From the NCBI GenBank assembly GCA_905178155.1, contig CAJINV010000001.1, positions 15,190,142-15,254,141 on the forward strand: DNA of 64,000 nucleotides, written 5' to 3'. Shown piece after piece: positions 32,895-46,695 of this stretch. This stretch comes from Amoebophrya sp. A120 (Eukaryota; Protista; Dinoflagellata). The notes beneath the pieces are model-generated. The model did no database searches. It was not told the origin of the DNA and saw only the letters and a list, made by a program, of their open reading frames with translations. Numbering within the stretch: position 1 is the stretch's first letter; each line of letters begins with the position of its first letter. Position numbers and translations under genes: made by a program.

Positions 32895-33398
32895 ATGGGC
32901 GATATCCGCGAGAAGGGGATGTCGAAGGATGAATTTGCGATGTTCATGAAGCCAAAGTGGAAAAAGACGAACCGTGACGACACCGGCAGCGGCGGGCATT
33001 GGCACCTCGGACGGGAGCAGAACAGCACCAACCCGTTCTTCTCGACATCGTGGCGCGACCTGTTTCATGTCGTCCTACCCGTCTCAGTGCCCTTGGCCTT
33101 CCTGTTTTTTTTCCTGTTTCGGAAGTTCCGCAGGAGAGCAGGACCGAAGAATTTGTACAAAAGCTCGCCGCTGAAGACTAGGGATGTAGTCGACGCGGAT
33201 GGAGTGGCGACGACTTCGGTCGTTGTGTTGTCAACCCAACTGTATCGGGATGGCAGGGCTTGGACCGATGAAAATTTCTTTGAAACAACATCCACATGTA
33301 GTGTCGACTCAACAACATCAACATCTGTACGTGGCAGTGCTGACAAAAGCAATTCTTGTGTGGTGGAGTTAGAACAAATCTCTATCTCTGCTGTGTAA
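32895..33398 (+). CDS. Small single-pass membrane hypothetical protein
   Basis: 167-aa ORF with coding-like composition and TM VVLPVSVPLAFLFFFLF followed by RKFRRR. Confidence 0.5.
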   Translation: MGDIREKGMSKDEFAMFMKPKWKKTNRDDTGSGGHWHLGREQNSTNPFFSTSWRDLFHVVLPVSVPLAFLFFFLFRKFRRRAGPKNLYKSSPLKTRDVVDADGVATTSVVVLSTQLYRDGRAWTDENFFETTSTCSVDSTTSTSVRGSADKSNSCVVELEQISISAV

Positions 33399-34378
33399 AA
33401 CTCTTCTGGGGGTCCAGCAATTTGTACTGGTTCATCAAATGGCACAACCCGTTGTAAGAAAATGGCATCGAACCGTTTCCGTCGAGATAAGGTTGCACTT
33501 CTACCGCTCACAGTGGGTCCTAGTCGTCCATATTGATACCGATTTGGTGTGTTCGCGCAAGAGGGCTGCGCTCGTCGGTGTTTTTGTCGTTTTTTGCTAT
33601 CGTTGTTGGCAATCAACTAGCTTAAATAAGTCCTTTTTTGATGGAGTTTTCACCTGTTGTCGATGAGCGGCGCAAGCACTGTTTTTTTCCGCTTTCTCGC
33701 ATCTTTTAATCGTTTCCGTGAAAGTCGTTCCTGTTTTTGCGTTTGTAGCACACAAAGATGAACAAGTATGAAGGCAGCATTTTGAATTTCCACTACCTGA
33801 GCAAACCTGTGATAGTGATTGTCATCACCCCATCTTAACATCTGGGCACATTTACCTACGGTGCTTGCTACGAGAAGAGTTCGTCTTTCTGCCGATTCCG
33901 AACGAGATGACTCGCGTAGAAAAAAAGCGATACAGCCGCCGACGTTTCTACTACGCGGAAATTCTGATGGCCCCATCCTGACTTCGTTTTGTTCGTTGGT
34001 TCCTTTGGCGATAAGAGGTAGCGCACACAGAAGAATCATAGGTGCACAGCGAGCGTTTTCCTTTTCGCTGGTAGAAAACAATCCTGAACCTCCCGGACAC
34101 TATTCGAAATAGCTCCCGAAGCAGGGATAGAAGAGTATTTTTTTGGATCGTTTATTCATCTGAGTAAAACAGAACCTTATCGTTCAAGTCAGAGAATGTG
34201 AAAAATGGGGAACCCCGCCTTCGGTGCGAGAATTGGCCTCGATTCCTGAGCCCACTGCGAACAAGTAGTGAAGAACTCAGGTCCACCTCGGTGCCAAGCC
34301 GGGCGTCGAGCGAGAGTTTCGTCGGCGTAGACGTAGTGCCAACCGGCGACTCGTGTATCTGTGCAAGAGACCTTCCAA

Positions 34379-35993
34379 ATGTCCACTCAAAACCCGCGGT
34401 CCGGGGCCTCTAAGGCCAGCGAGAGCAGTATGATGAAGCTCCGATCAAATTTGACCGGCGCAAAGGAGTCCAGAAAACGGGCGGAGCTCGATGCCCAGTT
34501 GCTAGCCAATCGTACTTTACTGTTCTTTGATGTAGTACTGAGGCAACAAGTGCCAGCACCTCCGGATGCTAGTGCGAGCACGGTATCGATTATTCAAACA
34601 ATATCACAGGTATCGCTCTATTGAAGCAAGAGGAGGAGAAGGCATGGAAGAAGATAGACGAAACGAGAAAGCGAGCTGGGGAGATAGTGGGACTGCGAAC
34701 GGTGAACGAGAGCAAGTTCATGGCCAAAGAGGACTACTACAAGGGAAAATGGGAAGGCATAAGGCAGGCCCAAGCACAAAACGCGTATATAAATCCGGCT
34801 TGTGATGTTTTGCTTTTTTGGGAAATTTGGCCTTGCATGTTATGTACAACAGTGCGGCTCTACGTTTTTCATGTATTCGCCGAATGGAAGATGAAATCAC
34901 AATGAAAAAAATCTCTCTGCAGATATAACCGCGACAAAGCAAAGGCAACACGAGACCAGACGAAGACGGAGCTCATGGGCCAAAAAAAGAAGCAAGTAGA
35001 CAATGTCAAGGGCCTCAGTCAGGTATGTTTTTCCATTCGGTCATGCTGAAGAAACTAAGAGATCACAATCACTCACGCTGCGCTTGAATACTCCCTCCTG
35101 TGGTTTCGCTCTGAAAGAAATGGTGTCAATTATGCTTTGCAAAAAACAACAACTTCACTGACTTGCAGCAAAACTTGATGGCCAAGAAAGAGAGACAAGC
35201 CATGGAGCAGCAGATAAATAACGAGCGGTCGGAGATGATTCGCCGACAAAAAGCAGAGGCGAAAGCCAAATTGGAGCGGGAGCAAGAGGCGAAATTGCAA
35301 AAGTATTCAAAACTACAAACTAGTACCACGTGTTGTCCTTGTCAACAGGTCTTTTCTTCACTCAGATTGTGCTTCTGGTGCTCCAGGAGAATAATTTTTA
35401 ACATGCAACGTAATAGAGGTGCCACTGGCGCTGCCGGCTGCCATGGAGATAGATTGGGCGACCGGAGGGCGGACACGTATTTGGTTTCGAATTCCACAAT
35501 CATATGCGACTGCACAGGTACCGCTCGGAATACGAGAACCGGGTTGCGCAGGAGGAGATGTTGCGGGCTCGGACCGAAGCCCTCGTGGCGCAGATGGAGA
35601 AGGAGGAAATGGAATTGATTCAGCGTTTACAAAACACCCAGACGGTGCAAAGACGTGCCTACGAGGTAATGTTGACTTTCTAAGTAATTGTAAGTACTTC
35701 CTGCAGAACTGCTGCTCTTTGGGTCTTTGGTCTTTCTGGGGGACGGACGTCAGAGGTGGGCCCTCCCTGCACAATATTAAATGGTGGCGACTTCCAGAGG
35801 TACTTTTCAGCAGGAGAATCTGTGCGTTCATTTACTGAGTTATGGTGTTGCAGCAAATGAGATGAAACACGAAAAAAACGATCCATACGAATCACCACAG
35901 GAGCTCGAGGGCGCTCTGGGTGCGACGACAACCTCTTCCGGCAACAAGCTGGCAGCCTCGCCGTCTACGATGGCAGAGATCAAGGAAAACTAG
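34379..35993 (+). CDS. Coiled-coil hypothetical protein, about 6 exons
   Basis: GT-AG splicing gives RKRAELDAQLLANRIALLKQEEEKAWKKIDETRKRA ... EALVAQMEKEEMELIQRLQNTQTVQRRAYEELE, a continuous charged coiled coil. Confidence 0.75.
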
Positions 35994-36448
35994 CTCAGCA
36001 GACACGTCTGTTTCACCGGAGGACCTCCGCTTTTTTATATGGGATCAACCTCAGCGCATTTTGTATTACGGTAACTAGCCCCAACGGAGTGTAGAGTCCA
36101 CAAGAGGTGGATTCTATCCCCTTCAGGTCAAACCTAGCAGATTCTTAAATTCGAAAAGTAGACGAGAAAAACCCTCTCAATTCCAAAAGAGTAAATTAGC
36201 AGATTTAGATTTCACTTTCAAAAGACTCACGGTCAGCGCGTGGTCCAGTCGTCTCAGAGGACCAAAGAGTCCTTCGTTAAAGCAGAAAAATTTCACTTTT
36301 AATACACTGTTCGTGTTGGACACCATCAGGGTCCAGGAAAGTTTCTCGAGACTTATTTTTCGATCCTTTGTTTTTTAAACGGACGCAGCTACGCACTGAG
36401 GCTCCTGTACTGAGTTTTATTTTCCGGGTTGATAACGGTCGTAAGTAC

Positions 36449-38626
36449 ATGATTTTCAGACAATCCAAGGGAAGGGACGGACGTGGTCGGGCTACTGTCG
36501 CAGTGCCAACGCCACTGGTCACACCGTCGATTATTTTGACGCTGTTGGTCGCAATATTTTGTAGGAAGCACTCGGGAGCGGAACTGCGAGCAATTGATTT
36601 CAGATTTCACCGTAACAGAAAAATGAACCCTGTATCAACTACACTGAAATGTGCAAAGACACTTTTTTTCAACATGGACGATACACCTATGTACATACTT
36701 GGAAACATGAGAAAGTAAGAATGTTGTTGCCTAGTGGCGCTGCGACTTTTTTCGCAATCTATTACTGTAGCTGTTTTCTTCGGGAAAAATTCGCTCTCTG
36801 TGTTGTGCGTTCTTTCGACTGGAAGTTGATAGAGCCTCGCTGCTGCCGTGTTGTTGTGTACTTTTTCGTAACTTCTGCTTCGGACAACGTTTTGCATCTC
36901 ATTGTTGAAACCAGAAAAAGAGCGGAGCAGATACTTGCGAGTGAAACTGAAAGTCGAAAGAGCCCAGGCAACGGGAGAGGCGAGGAAGGCATCGAACTCG
37001 AGACAGTGGCTGCGGTGTGAGCATTCGCCTCAATGCAAAACTTTACGACATACAGCTATCCACACTGACAGGAATATGAATGGGTACGTATCTACATGGA
37101 TCAACAGTAAATTCGTTTCCGCACCACTAAGTGGTGCCCGGACCAAGACTTCGAGTCTTCACAGAATTCGAAATGTCGTATCTCCGCCCGAAGATACCTC
37201 GTCTTTGTCGACAAGGTTTATTTCCGCAGATCGTTCTTGGGACAATTTCCATCCTTCTAACCTCGATGAGTAAAAATTCCAGTTATTTCGTAGCGGCGTG
37301 CTTCGAGGGCGAGGAGGTGGTAGCGCAGTGGCCTGACGACGAAACCCGGTATCTCGATGCAGTTGTCATGAAGGACTTGTATCCAGAAGACAAAACCATG
37401 CGGTTGCAAGTCCTGTGGGACTTTTCCAGGACTACTTGTCACAAGCCGGGTCGCGAGGAGTTCTGCAAGATACCGTATCGACAGGTAATATGTGAAAATC
37501 TGTGTACAGTGGCAGCAAGTACTGATTTCAGGTTCAGTCAAATAGGAGGCGAGGAGGTTTGTCCTTGTCGGAAGAAAAAATGCTGTAACATTCATAAAAA
37601 TGTCAATAAAAGTATAGTACAAATCAACAGGTGCGTCGCCGCGGCGGGTTAGCCGGTGGCTTCACGTGCTTCGACGAGATTTACGCCGACAATGAGGTAA
37701 AGGAAACCATTGCCAACGCCATCATTCCGCGCGAGTCCCCGGACCCCATCGCGCTCCGTCGACCCTACCAGGGCGATGATCCATCTGGAAGTGATCGGTC
37801 GGATTCCGTGGATGTGGTCGGCATTGTAGTCGCGATTATCGTTTCCGCGAGCGTGCTCCTCCTCTGCATGGGGTACGCGATGTGGTACACTTCAACGAAA
37901 TACGATCTGTTTCGCAGCCAAGTGGTCCCCGACCCCAGTCACTGGGCTGCGGAGTACGATATTCCGGACTTCAAGCAGTTCATGGAATCGCGGCCGCCCC
38001 CGAAACTGCAGAAGCGACAGCCCATCAGCGACGTGGCCCGCGCGTACCTGCCCGCGCAGAAGAAGCCGGCCCCCCCGAAACGCCCAAAACTGTTCGGCAA
38101 CGAGGAGACGCGGCTGGCGGACGAGCGGCTGCGCCAGATTTCGCGGGTGCATTTCTTCGGCGCCGGGCAGAACGGAGGGGCGGATTTTGTGCGGTATCCG
38201 AAGTCCACGCCTGCCTTCGCGGCCCGGGACATGGAAGTGAAGTCGCGCGTCCACGGGACTTCGGCGTACGCGCGGCGCACGGTTGTGCGGGAGCGCGGAG
38301 TGCATATTCCAGACGCAGATTACTACTCGACGCCCGAGGGGCGAAGAATGCGGCAGATCTCGGTCAAACGAGCGACGGAAATCGCGCCGCCCGCACGCAG
38401 CGGGTCCGCGCCGGCGAGCCGCAGCCGGGATGCGATGGCGAGTTTCGACACGACGGACCGCGATGAAGAGTGTTTCCGCCCGGCGCTACAGACGCTGGTC
38501 GCGGGGATCGGCGCGAAGAAATACACCAAGGCAACGCGGTATGGCCAGCGAAACACCGTGTTGGATCCCACCGGGTTCTCCGACGCGTTTTTGACGGCCG
38601 GTCCGCCCGGGCCGGATGAGTTTTAA
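36449..38626 (+). CDS. Hypothetical single-pass membrane protein, multi-exon
   Basis: Last exon ORF 37631-38626 is GC-rich with TM VVGIVVAIIVSASVLLLCMGYAMW; upstream exons are tentative. Confidence 0.5.
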
Positions 38627-39295
38627 GGGAGAAGAGCGTAATTGTTCGTCTAGATGAATGCAGTTGGTGCTCAATTTCTAGTCACGAATTGCGCCGCTTG
38701 CAGTGGTCGGCGAAGATGTTGATACTCGTGCATCCACTTCTACTCCTCACTGTTGCAGCATAGCTCACCAGTGACGGTTTTGCTTTTTCGTTTCCATCTA
38801 TGTTGTAGTATAGGTTTATTTCTACTGTTTCATTCATGTACAAAGGTTTGAAGCGAAGACGCTGGTTGAACGGAAAAAAAGACCAGGATGCTGAAAAATG
38901 AAAAATGTACAAGAGCTTGTTGAGCAGTAATGCAAATTTTGTACTAGTGGGTTGTACTTGCCGCAACTCATCAGATTTACCTCTGTGAGCGAAACCTTGC
39001 AGCTCCGGAGAGATGCGCTCCCGAAAAGGAATCGCTGTGTTGGTGCTCTTCACTTTTCGTTTTTCAAATCTTTTTCTTCGGTCGTTTTTCTGAAACAAGC
39101 AATTCAAATCCACGTACAAATCGGACTTTCAAACGAAGCGCTTCAAAAGGCCCTGCAATTTAGGTCTGTCGGAGTCTAGGTTTTCAGTTTCAGATCACAC
39201 ATTTCAAAAGAACATAAACTACATTGCATTTTTCGTGCACTCGGGGTCCTCGCGTCGCAAACTCAAACCAGCCAACACACTTAAGCAGGACAAAA

Positions 39296-41690
39296 ATGTC
39301 GTCCGCTCCGGCAACTAGCAGCAGCAACAGGCGCGGCCGGGCCCGCAGCGACGACCGGGATTCGCTGATTGGAGACGCGGCCGGCGGCGGGTGCGGCTTG
39401 TTTAGCCCCGAACCGCAAGAGTCCGCCGCGGAGCGACGGTTTCGCAAAAACGAGGAGGGATTCGAGATGAATTTCGCCGCGGCAATGGATGACTACGAGG
39501 AGGAAGAGCCCTGGAATTTAGAAATGGACGAAGAGGACAACCTGGTAATCGATGTCGCGTACGCTCACTGGCGTGGGGTGGAATACTACAGCAAAAATTA
39601 CTTGCTGGAGGAAGGAGAAGGAGCGGCGGAAGGTGGTAAGGAAGGGGACAGAAATGTTCTTGACAACATTGCATCTGCTGTCGAGGAGAACAAAGCTGCG
39701 ACCACCGTGGGAGACGATAATGTCGGCCAGGACGGGGGCAAGAAGAAGTCTGTAGTCGTTGGCGGTAAACAGGACGACCAGCAAGGTAGCAGCAGCTCAT
39801 CTTCATCCTCGGTCAAAAATGTGGTCAACATCGGTGGCAGGAGCGATAGCATTACCCGCTCAACAACTGCAGCGCCCAAAGGGAAGTTTCCCGCGAACGC
39901 TGACGGGAATGAGGAGCTCGCAGAATCGATCAGAGGTATTGAATTGAAAAGGCTCAGGGAGCTGAAAATATCTTCTGCGACATGTAAAAACACGGCGACC
40001 ACGGTAGAAGTTGCGGAGGCTGCACGGGTAGAACAAGACCACTGCGTGTTACAACAAGAGTCGAAAGATGTTGAAATGGCTCCTGCATTCGACGATGCGA
40101 AAATGATATCGAAATCTTCTTGTACAAGAGAAGTCGTCGCGTCTTCGCCCGCGCCAGCGAAGCGGGCAGGAGAAGAATTCAACGATCTTTTTCCGGAGGA
40201 CGATCCTGAAATGGAAGAGATGCGGTCAAGGACAAGAGTGAAGAACAAGAAGGTATAGTGCGTAAGTACTGGAAAAAGTACGGTGCAGTTTGCTAAAAGT
40301 GCAGCTACTAAGGTGTTGCACTAGTTCTTTTAGTTAAGAAAGTAGTTTTCATTGTGCTACGAGATGATAATCCGTGACAGACACCCGGATGTTGGAAGAC
40401 GCTGGGGTGCTATGAGAGACAACTTGTTCTTCTAGTTCTAGTAGCTACCTCCACTACGCACCACAGCTCCAGCGCCAGGGTTCCACGCTTGCGGGAAACA
40501 ACAAAAACCGCACACCGGCTCGCAGTCCCGGGCTGAGCCGGTCGGAAGTGCACAAGCGACTGGAGCGCTCGGAGAAGCGAACCCCAGCACGGCGAAGGAT
40601 AGACATGGACGACATGTTTGCGCCGGTTCCGTCGAAGGACGTACTTGCTATCTTGGTTTGATGCGGAATAACTGACTTTCAGAATCTACTTTGTACCGCG
40701 GCGCTTGAAACACCTGAACGTCGTGTGAAAACGAAGGTCTTTTTTTTGAAAGCCGATGTCATTAAAAAGCAATTTCGCATGATCTTAGGTCGACCGCCTG
40801 AAGATCAAGCACATGTTCCGACTGAGTTGGTTGTTCCTTCGGGCAAGTGCCGAGAACGAGGACCAGGACAACTACACCAAATGCGGCTCCGCCCGGAAGG
40901 TCACGTCTGTGGATTACGATGAAGAAAATCTTTGTGTGGAAATCAATTTTGGGCCCCAAACCGCGCTGCGGAAACAGCCCTCCGGGATCGGAGAGAAGGA
41001 TGTTCCGTTTGTTGCGGAGAGCAATCCTTTGTCACCAACCGCTGGGAAGAGGAAGGGGACAGGTATTAAGCTTCTTGCGAAAATCATACCTCGCAGAGCG
41101 ACGTATTCACTCGTCTCTTATGTGACAATGCGAGTGTCAGTACTTCCAGTTCCAACGACTTCATCCTGAAATTCTGCGCATTCCTTCATAATGAAGCGAG
41201 GTATTCAATTATAACAGGCACCTGCCCAAGTGCGCAGCAAAGCCCCGAGGGGCCGCCTCTCAAAAAGCAGGCACTGAATCCCAAAACGCCGCTTGCAACG
41301 CCTGTCCGCGGTGGAGGTTCCGCAATGTCGGCGGAAAGGATAGTGCTCTCCTCCGCGCGGCGAGACGCATGGGGCGAGCAGGAGCCGAGTCTGACTGTGG
41401 TGTTTCTCGCAAAAATCGATTTCCAAATTTTCAAAGAGTCGATGACTTCGAAAAAGAATCCATTCAAGGACCCGAGTTCGAACCACTATCTCGCGCCGGC
41501 AACCTTCGAAGAAGAATTTCGGAAGAAGCAGACCTTTATGCAGGAAGCGCGCAACAAGCAGAAAGCGAGAACACGGGTACTGGTGCGCGGACACTCGCGC
41601 AAGGGGCATCGTGTCGCGCCGCACTACCGGCGAATTCTGACGAACCAAGACTACAAGAGCAAATCCACCTGGCTGGATCTTTTTGAGTAG
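39296..41690 (+). CDS. Hypothetical acidic/low-complexity protein, multi-exon
   Basis: Large first exon 39296-40252 followed by GT-AG-bounded ORF pieces ending ...WLDLFE*; joining these into one gene is inferred. Confidence 0.5.
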
Positions 41691-42506
41691 CCGGCAAATG
41701 CAACAGTCTGTTAGGTTATCTTTTTTGGCTGCTATGCGAACAACAATTGTGGCGAACAAGAACGGGTATCCACCCTACCAGTGACACATGCTCTATCTGC
41801 AGTGGGAGCGCATCATTGTGTTCACACGCAAGAAAGGAAGGTCCTTGAAGAAAAGTCGAGTTCATCAAGTAAGATGTCAAACAGAACTTGAACGAAGACA
41901 AAAAATGTCCCATCAAATTTTCTGGATGAGCGCATGCGCATGCCAGAATCGACGGAGGATCATCAGGGACGAAGATCCTTATCTTTGTATGACGGCGCTT
42001 TTGTAATGACATGAAGAAAGATCATAACAAACAAGATACGCTGTGCTCTGTAAGTAGGTTCTTGCTCTTTCCATAGATTTTTGATCCTGAAGCGCGTTTC
42101 GATCACTTTTTTTCTGTGGCAAAAAATTGATGTTGCCGGTTGATAGCAAACACCATAGGTGAAGATCGCAAAGCCATGCCTTTTTTTGTGCGGCAGGCCG
42201 AAGCACTTGCGTTTCCTCTAGTTTCACTCTTTCATCGATAAGTACATAGCTCCATTTTCGAATTAACACAAGTCAAGTGCTGACCTATGCCACTTTATTT
42301 CTCATTGTTCGCGATGGACATGTCACAACTTGAATCTCCTTTAGCTGAAGCTGCACAAGTTGTAGAACAGAAATACAATAACTGCATGAAAATTTTCTCC
42401 ACTCGCACTGCATGGCCATTTTGTCGCGATTTTCAGTCGCAAGGGAAGAGGCTAACAACGACGTTTTGCTTGCACTGCAAGGAGTCCACGAACACTACTC
42501 GACAAG

Positions 42507-45500
42507 ATGGGAGGCGGGAATAACAATCGCGGCAACAACAAAGGGGGCGGCGGAGGACAGCACGGTAAAAACAGCGGCAGCAGTAGCAAAAACAACAATC
42601 AGCGGAACAAAAAGAAGGCCGACGACCAGACGACGCGCCCGGTCGCTTTCGACAAACGCAACTCTTCTTCCGCGCTAGAAAATGACCCTGACACTAACAG
42701 CAAGCTCCAGCCGATCGAGTGCCCGGTGTGCTGCGACACCGCGGTGTGCGCGGCCATCGGCGTGGAGTGCGGACACTGGGCGTGCTTCAAGTGCCAACTG
42801 CGGATCCGCGATCTGGCGCAGTCAAAGGAGACAAAACGGAAGTGCCCGATGTGCAAGACCACGAACAACAAACTGGTTTTCACCCAGCGCCCGGACTACT
42901 TCTTGCAAAACATCAAGAACGACAACACGAACCGCTTCTACACGGAGGTGTGCCACATCAAATTTGACGAGTGGGGGCACGGTTTCGACAAGGAGAACAA
43001 AGCCTTGATGCAAAGAGCCGTGGAGGATTTGTATTTGTACAAATGTTGGACCTGCGCGCCCCCACAGCCGGCTTTTCAGACCCTCTGGGACCTGACCAAG
43101 CACATGGAAAAGCAGCACAGTCGCTACTTTTGCCGAACCTGCTTGGATGGTCGGGAGATTTTTCTGGAGGAGCAGATGTGCTACGCAACGAAAGACGAGT
43201 TGGATTTGCACCACCGCGTCGGCGATTCCGGGCTTGTCCCGATCAAACCGCACGCGGACTGTCAGTTCTGCAAGAAGTCGTTTTTCACGCACCAGGAGCT
43301 GTACCAGCATATGATTGTGGAGCACATCACATGTTTTTTGTGCTTCGAAGCGCACCGGGAGAACCGGTTTTTCAAGGACATGACCTGCTTATTCAACCAC
43401 TTTCTCGCGGAGCACCACGTCTGCCGCTACGAACGGTGCATGCGGGAAGGGATATTTTCCCAGGAGACCGTGTTCGCGCACGAGGCACAGCTGGCGCAGC
43501 ACCGCATCGCGGTGCACAAGAACCACAACGGACCAACGAAGGAGGAATGCTACCGGCCGAAGCTGGATATCACGGTAATTTTGTTAGATCTTTATTGCCG
43601 GCATGATAGTCTTAGTTCTTCCTAGAGAATCAGAACTTGTGTAAAGACTTCTACTACATCAACAAAGCGCCTGATCGTCATAAAATTCTACACGATCATA
43701 TGAATCGAAAAACAGGTTACCTCCACGCTGAACGGCTTGTCACACGCCCAAATCAACGATAAGGAGACGATGGCGGCCATGCCGCAGCAAGACAAGCCCA
43801 TCTACTTCACACACATTCACAACCCCGAGCGACCTCCGAAAGAAGTGATTCTCCCGCCGTTGCCCAAGAAGGAGGTCGTCGACCGATATCCGGATCTCGG
43901 CTATGGAATGAGTTGGAAGGACTTTGATGCCGCAAAGCACCGGAAAAAAGCACAGGAAAGGAAGAAGAAGACTGCAACTACCGGAGGGGGCGTGCATCAA
44001 AACGGAGCTCCAGGGTCTCCGGAGCAGCACGTCTACGATCCAAATGCGCCTGAAGATGGCAAGGAACAAGAAGGAAATGTCAAGAACGGCGCGAGCACGC
44101 CCGAACAGCACCCCGTTGATAGCGGCGACGCCGGCAGCCCAGCAGAGGACAGCGAAGACGACCAGCGGACCTTCTTGCGCGCCAACGAGTACGAGGCAGA
44201 GCAGCAACAGAAAATGGTAAAAGCGCTGCCCGCGGATTTGCTCGACCTTCCTCCCTCCGTCCGGATGGACACGCAACTCCAGAAAAGCAGCTTCTTGCAC
44301 GCAATTGATGCCGTTCTGGAGTGCAGCGTGGGAAGCGTTACGAAGTGCAAAGTGGAATTGATGAAAGAGTCCGTGAAGCAGCAAGCCGACGGCGGTGCGG
44401 CCGGACGGGTGGACATTCCCGGCATGAAAAAACACATTGCGATGCTCAGCCCGCTGGCGTTGGACTCGTTGTCCGAGATGCGCGCGTTTCTGCTGCAGAC
44501 TTGGGATTCGAGGTTCAACACCGAGTTGATCACGGGGCTCCGGCCGTTATTCTTCCGCACTCTGAGAAATGAAGACCACAAGGGCACGCCCGCGCATTGG
44601 TTGACCTGGAAGTACCAGGCGCACAACGCTCTGGGGAAGCTGCGGGCCATATCAAAAGGAAAAATCCCCCCTTCCCATATCGAAAACGGAATTTGTGTTG
44701 CTGTATTTGAGTACACAAATCACATTTGTGTTGCAGTAAAGGACTGCACGCAGATCGTAAGCCTAAGGGGGGCCCTTGCTTTGGTGTAGGGCCTAGCATG
44801 GCAGACGTCTGCCCTATAGGCCTTCCAGCATTACAAATCGCCTGCATATCGTGGCAGACTCTCTGAGTTTGCCCTCTTGCAAGAGAGACAGGATTTGTGG
44901 TCGCAAATCAGCATCACAAATTTTTAGAAACATGCCTTTTCAGTATGGGGAGGGGGGATTTTTCCTTACGATAGGCCAACGAGCGGGAATTGATCCGCTT
45001 GTACGTGGGGTTCTGCCTGGAGCGGAACGTTACCAGCTACGCCGGCCTCGACCGCGCGAAGGAGTATTTGTTTTGAGATGTTTAAGAGCTGTATTTAGTT
45101 TTTCAGTCTGTCGCGCACAAGGCTTCTTCCTACGTTTGTGATGACGAGTGTGACGTCGACGTCAATGAATGTGTTTTCGAAATCAAACTTGCATCGCTCT
45201 CTTCAAACCCAACACAGGTATCCCTCCCTCGAGCAGTCCGCGGTGTCTGCTGCGGCCAAGGACGCGGACGCGTTCAACCCAGAGCTTGCTTTCCGCCCGG
45301 AGCGACGGGGGGTCGCGGGCACACAGTGGCAGGGCCGCAACGGCGGGTTTAACGCCATGGGCTCGCAGGATTTTCCGGCGCTGGCGGAGACAAGGACGGT
45401 CGATGAGGACGGAACGCCGCTGCTAGAATTGACCATGGCGGAGAAACTGAAACTGCAGGAGCAGAAGGAAAAGATGAAGAAAACCGCCAAGGCACCGTCC

Positions 45501-46695
45501 ACGGCGAGCAAACTCGGGGGAAAGAAACCCCAGCTGGACAACGAGGCGGAGTTCCCTTCCTTCCCGATCGGTCTGCAGCCGCTCGGCGGGGGTGGGCCGC
45601 CGCCCGTGAAGAAGCCGGTCACCAAAAGTTCGGTGTTCGGTGCCGCGAGTCTGTCCGCGGGCGGCGCGTCTTCGTCCGCGGCGTCGTCCTCGTCCACGCC
45701 CAACAACGCGGTCGCCGCGAAGAAGAAAGCGAAGGTCGGACAGCCGAGCGCGGCAAAGGACATCACGTTGAATTCGAATCCGAACGCGCCCGCGCCACCC
45801 CCGATCGGACAACAGCAGCAATCTTCCAGTTCCTCCAGCTCGTCCCGGCCGCGCGACGCAAGCACGGGGTCGAGCTCGCTGTTGAAGGGAATCCAAGAAA
45901 AGCAGGAACTACTAAAAACCGCCTACGGCCCCACCAAGATAAAAGACGAGGCCGCGGAGCGCGGTCAGGTGGCGAAGAAGCTGGGGAATGCGGAAAATTT
46001 TCCCGCGCTTCCCAGCAGCAGCGTGCACCAGCCGGCCGGAAAAAGTCGGGATACCGGGGGCCTCTTGAAGGGGGCAAACATCATCTCGAAAAAGACCGGA
46101 ACCGTGGTGCCGGTGCAGCAGGGTTCAAAGACGGCGCAGCTGCAGAAAAAGAAGGACCTGTTCGATGACGACGACGACTTCGCAGACGTGAGCTTTGCAC
46201 AGGTATAGAGGGTTTTTGATATGGTCTGAAGTAAATTTGTGTAGTTTGTTCGAAAGTAAGGAATTCAGTTAAGTACTGTGTTCGTCCTTTTTTCCACCGA
46301 ACAAGTACTGGTTGTTTATCGCAGCGCATCATATAATCCAACAGGCTTTGGTGACTCAGTCTGGTTCTGCGGACGCCGAACCCGGGTCGCCTAGCTGGAA
46401 TAGCAAGAGGCCTGTAACTACAGCAAGCAAAGTTCCTGACGCGTGGGACGACGACGAGTTGTTTCCCACACTAAACGAGAAACAAGCCCCGCCCCCCGCG
46501 GGGGACGTTTCCCCATCGAAGCCCCTAGTCGGAAAAGCGAAGCAACTCGAGGAACAGCGACTGCGGCAGGAGGCGCGCGACGCCAGGCTCGCTAAGCAAC
46601 TGCAAGATGCCGAGAACAATTCGGCGGGAAAAACGGAGCAAGCACCGCCGAAGGCACGAGGGAGACAGAAAAAAACGCTGATCGCGTGGGGATAA
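42507..46695 (+). CDS. ZNF598: ZNF598/Hel2-like RING and C2H2 E3 ligase (ribosome quality control); one introner
   Basis: RING CPVC...CGHWACFKC.LRIR...CPMCK, then the C2H2 array (HSRYFCRTC, PHADCQFCKKSFF, HITCFLC, HFLAEHHVC) and repeated DFPAL/EFPS/NFPAL motifs. Confidence 0.88.
44650..44973. mobile_element. Introner family C (324 bp, DR GGCCA), orientation 1
   Basis: TIR TATCAAAAGGAAAAATCCCCCC / GGGGGGATTTTTCCTTACGATA; DR 44645-44649 and 44974-44978; restores L-R-A-N-E-R-E-L. Confidence 0.93.
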
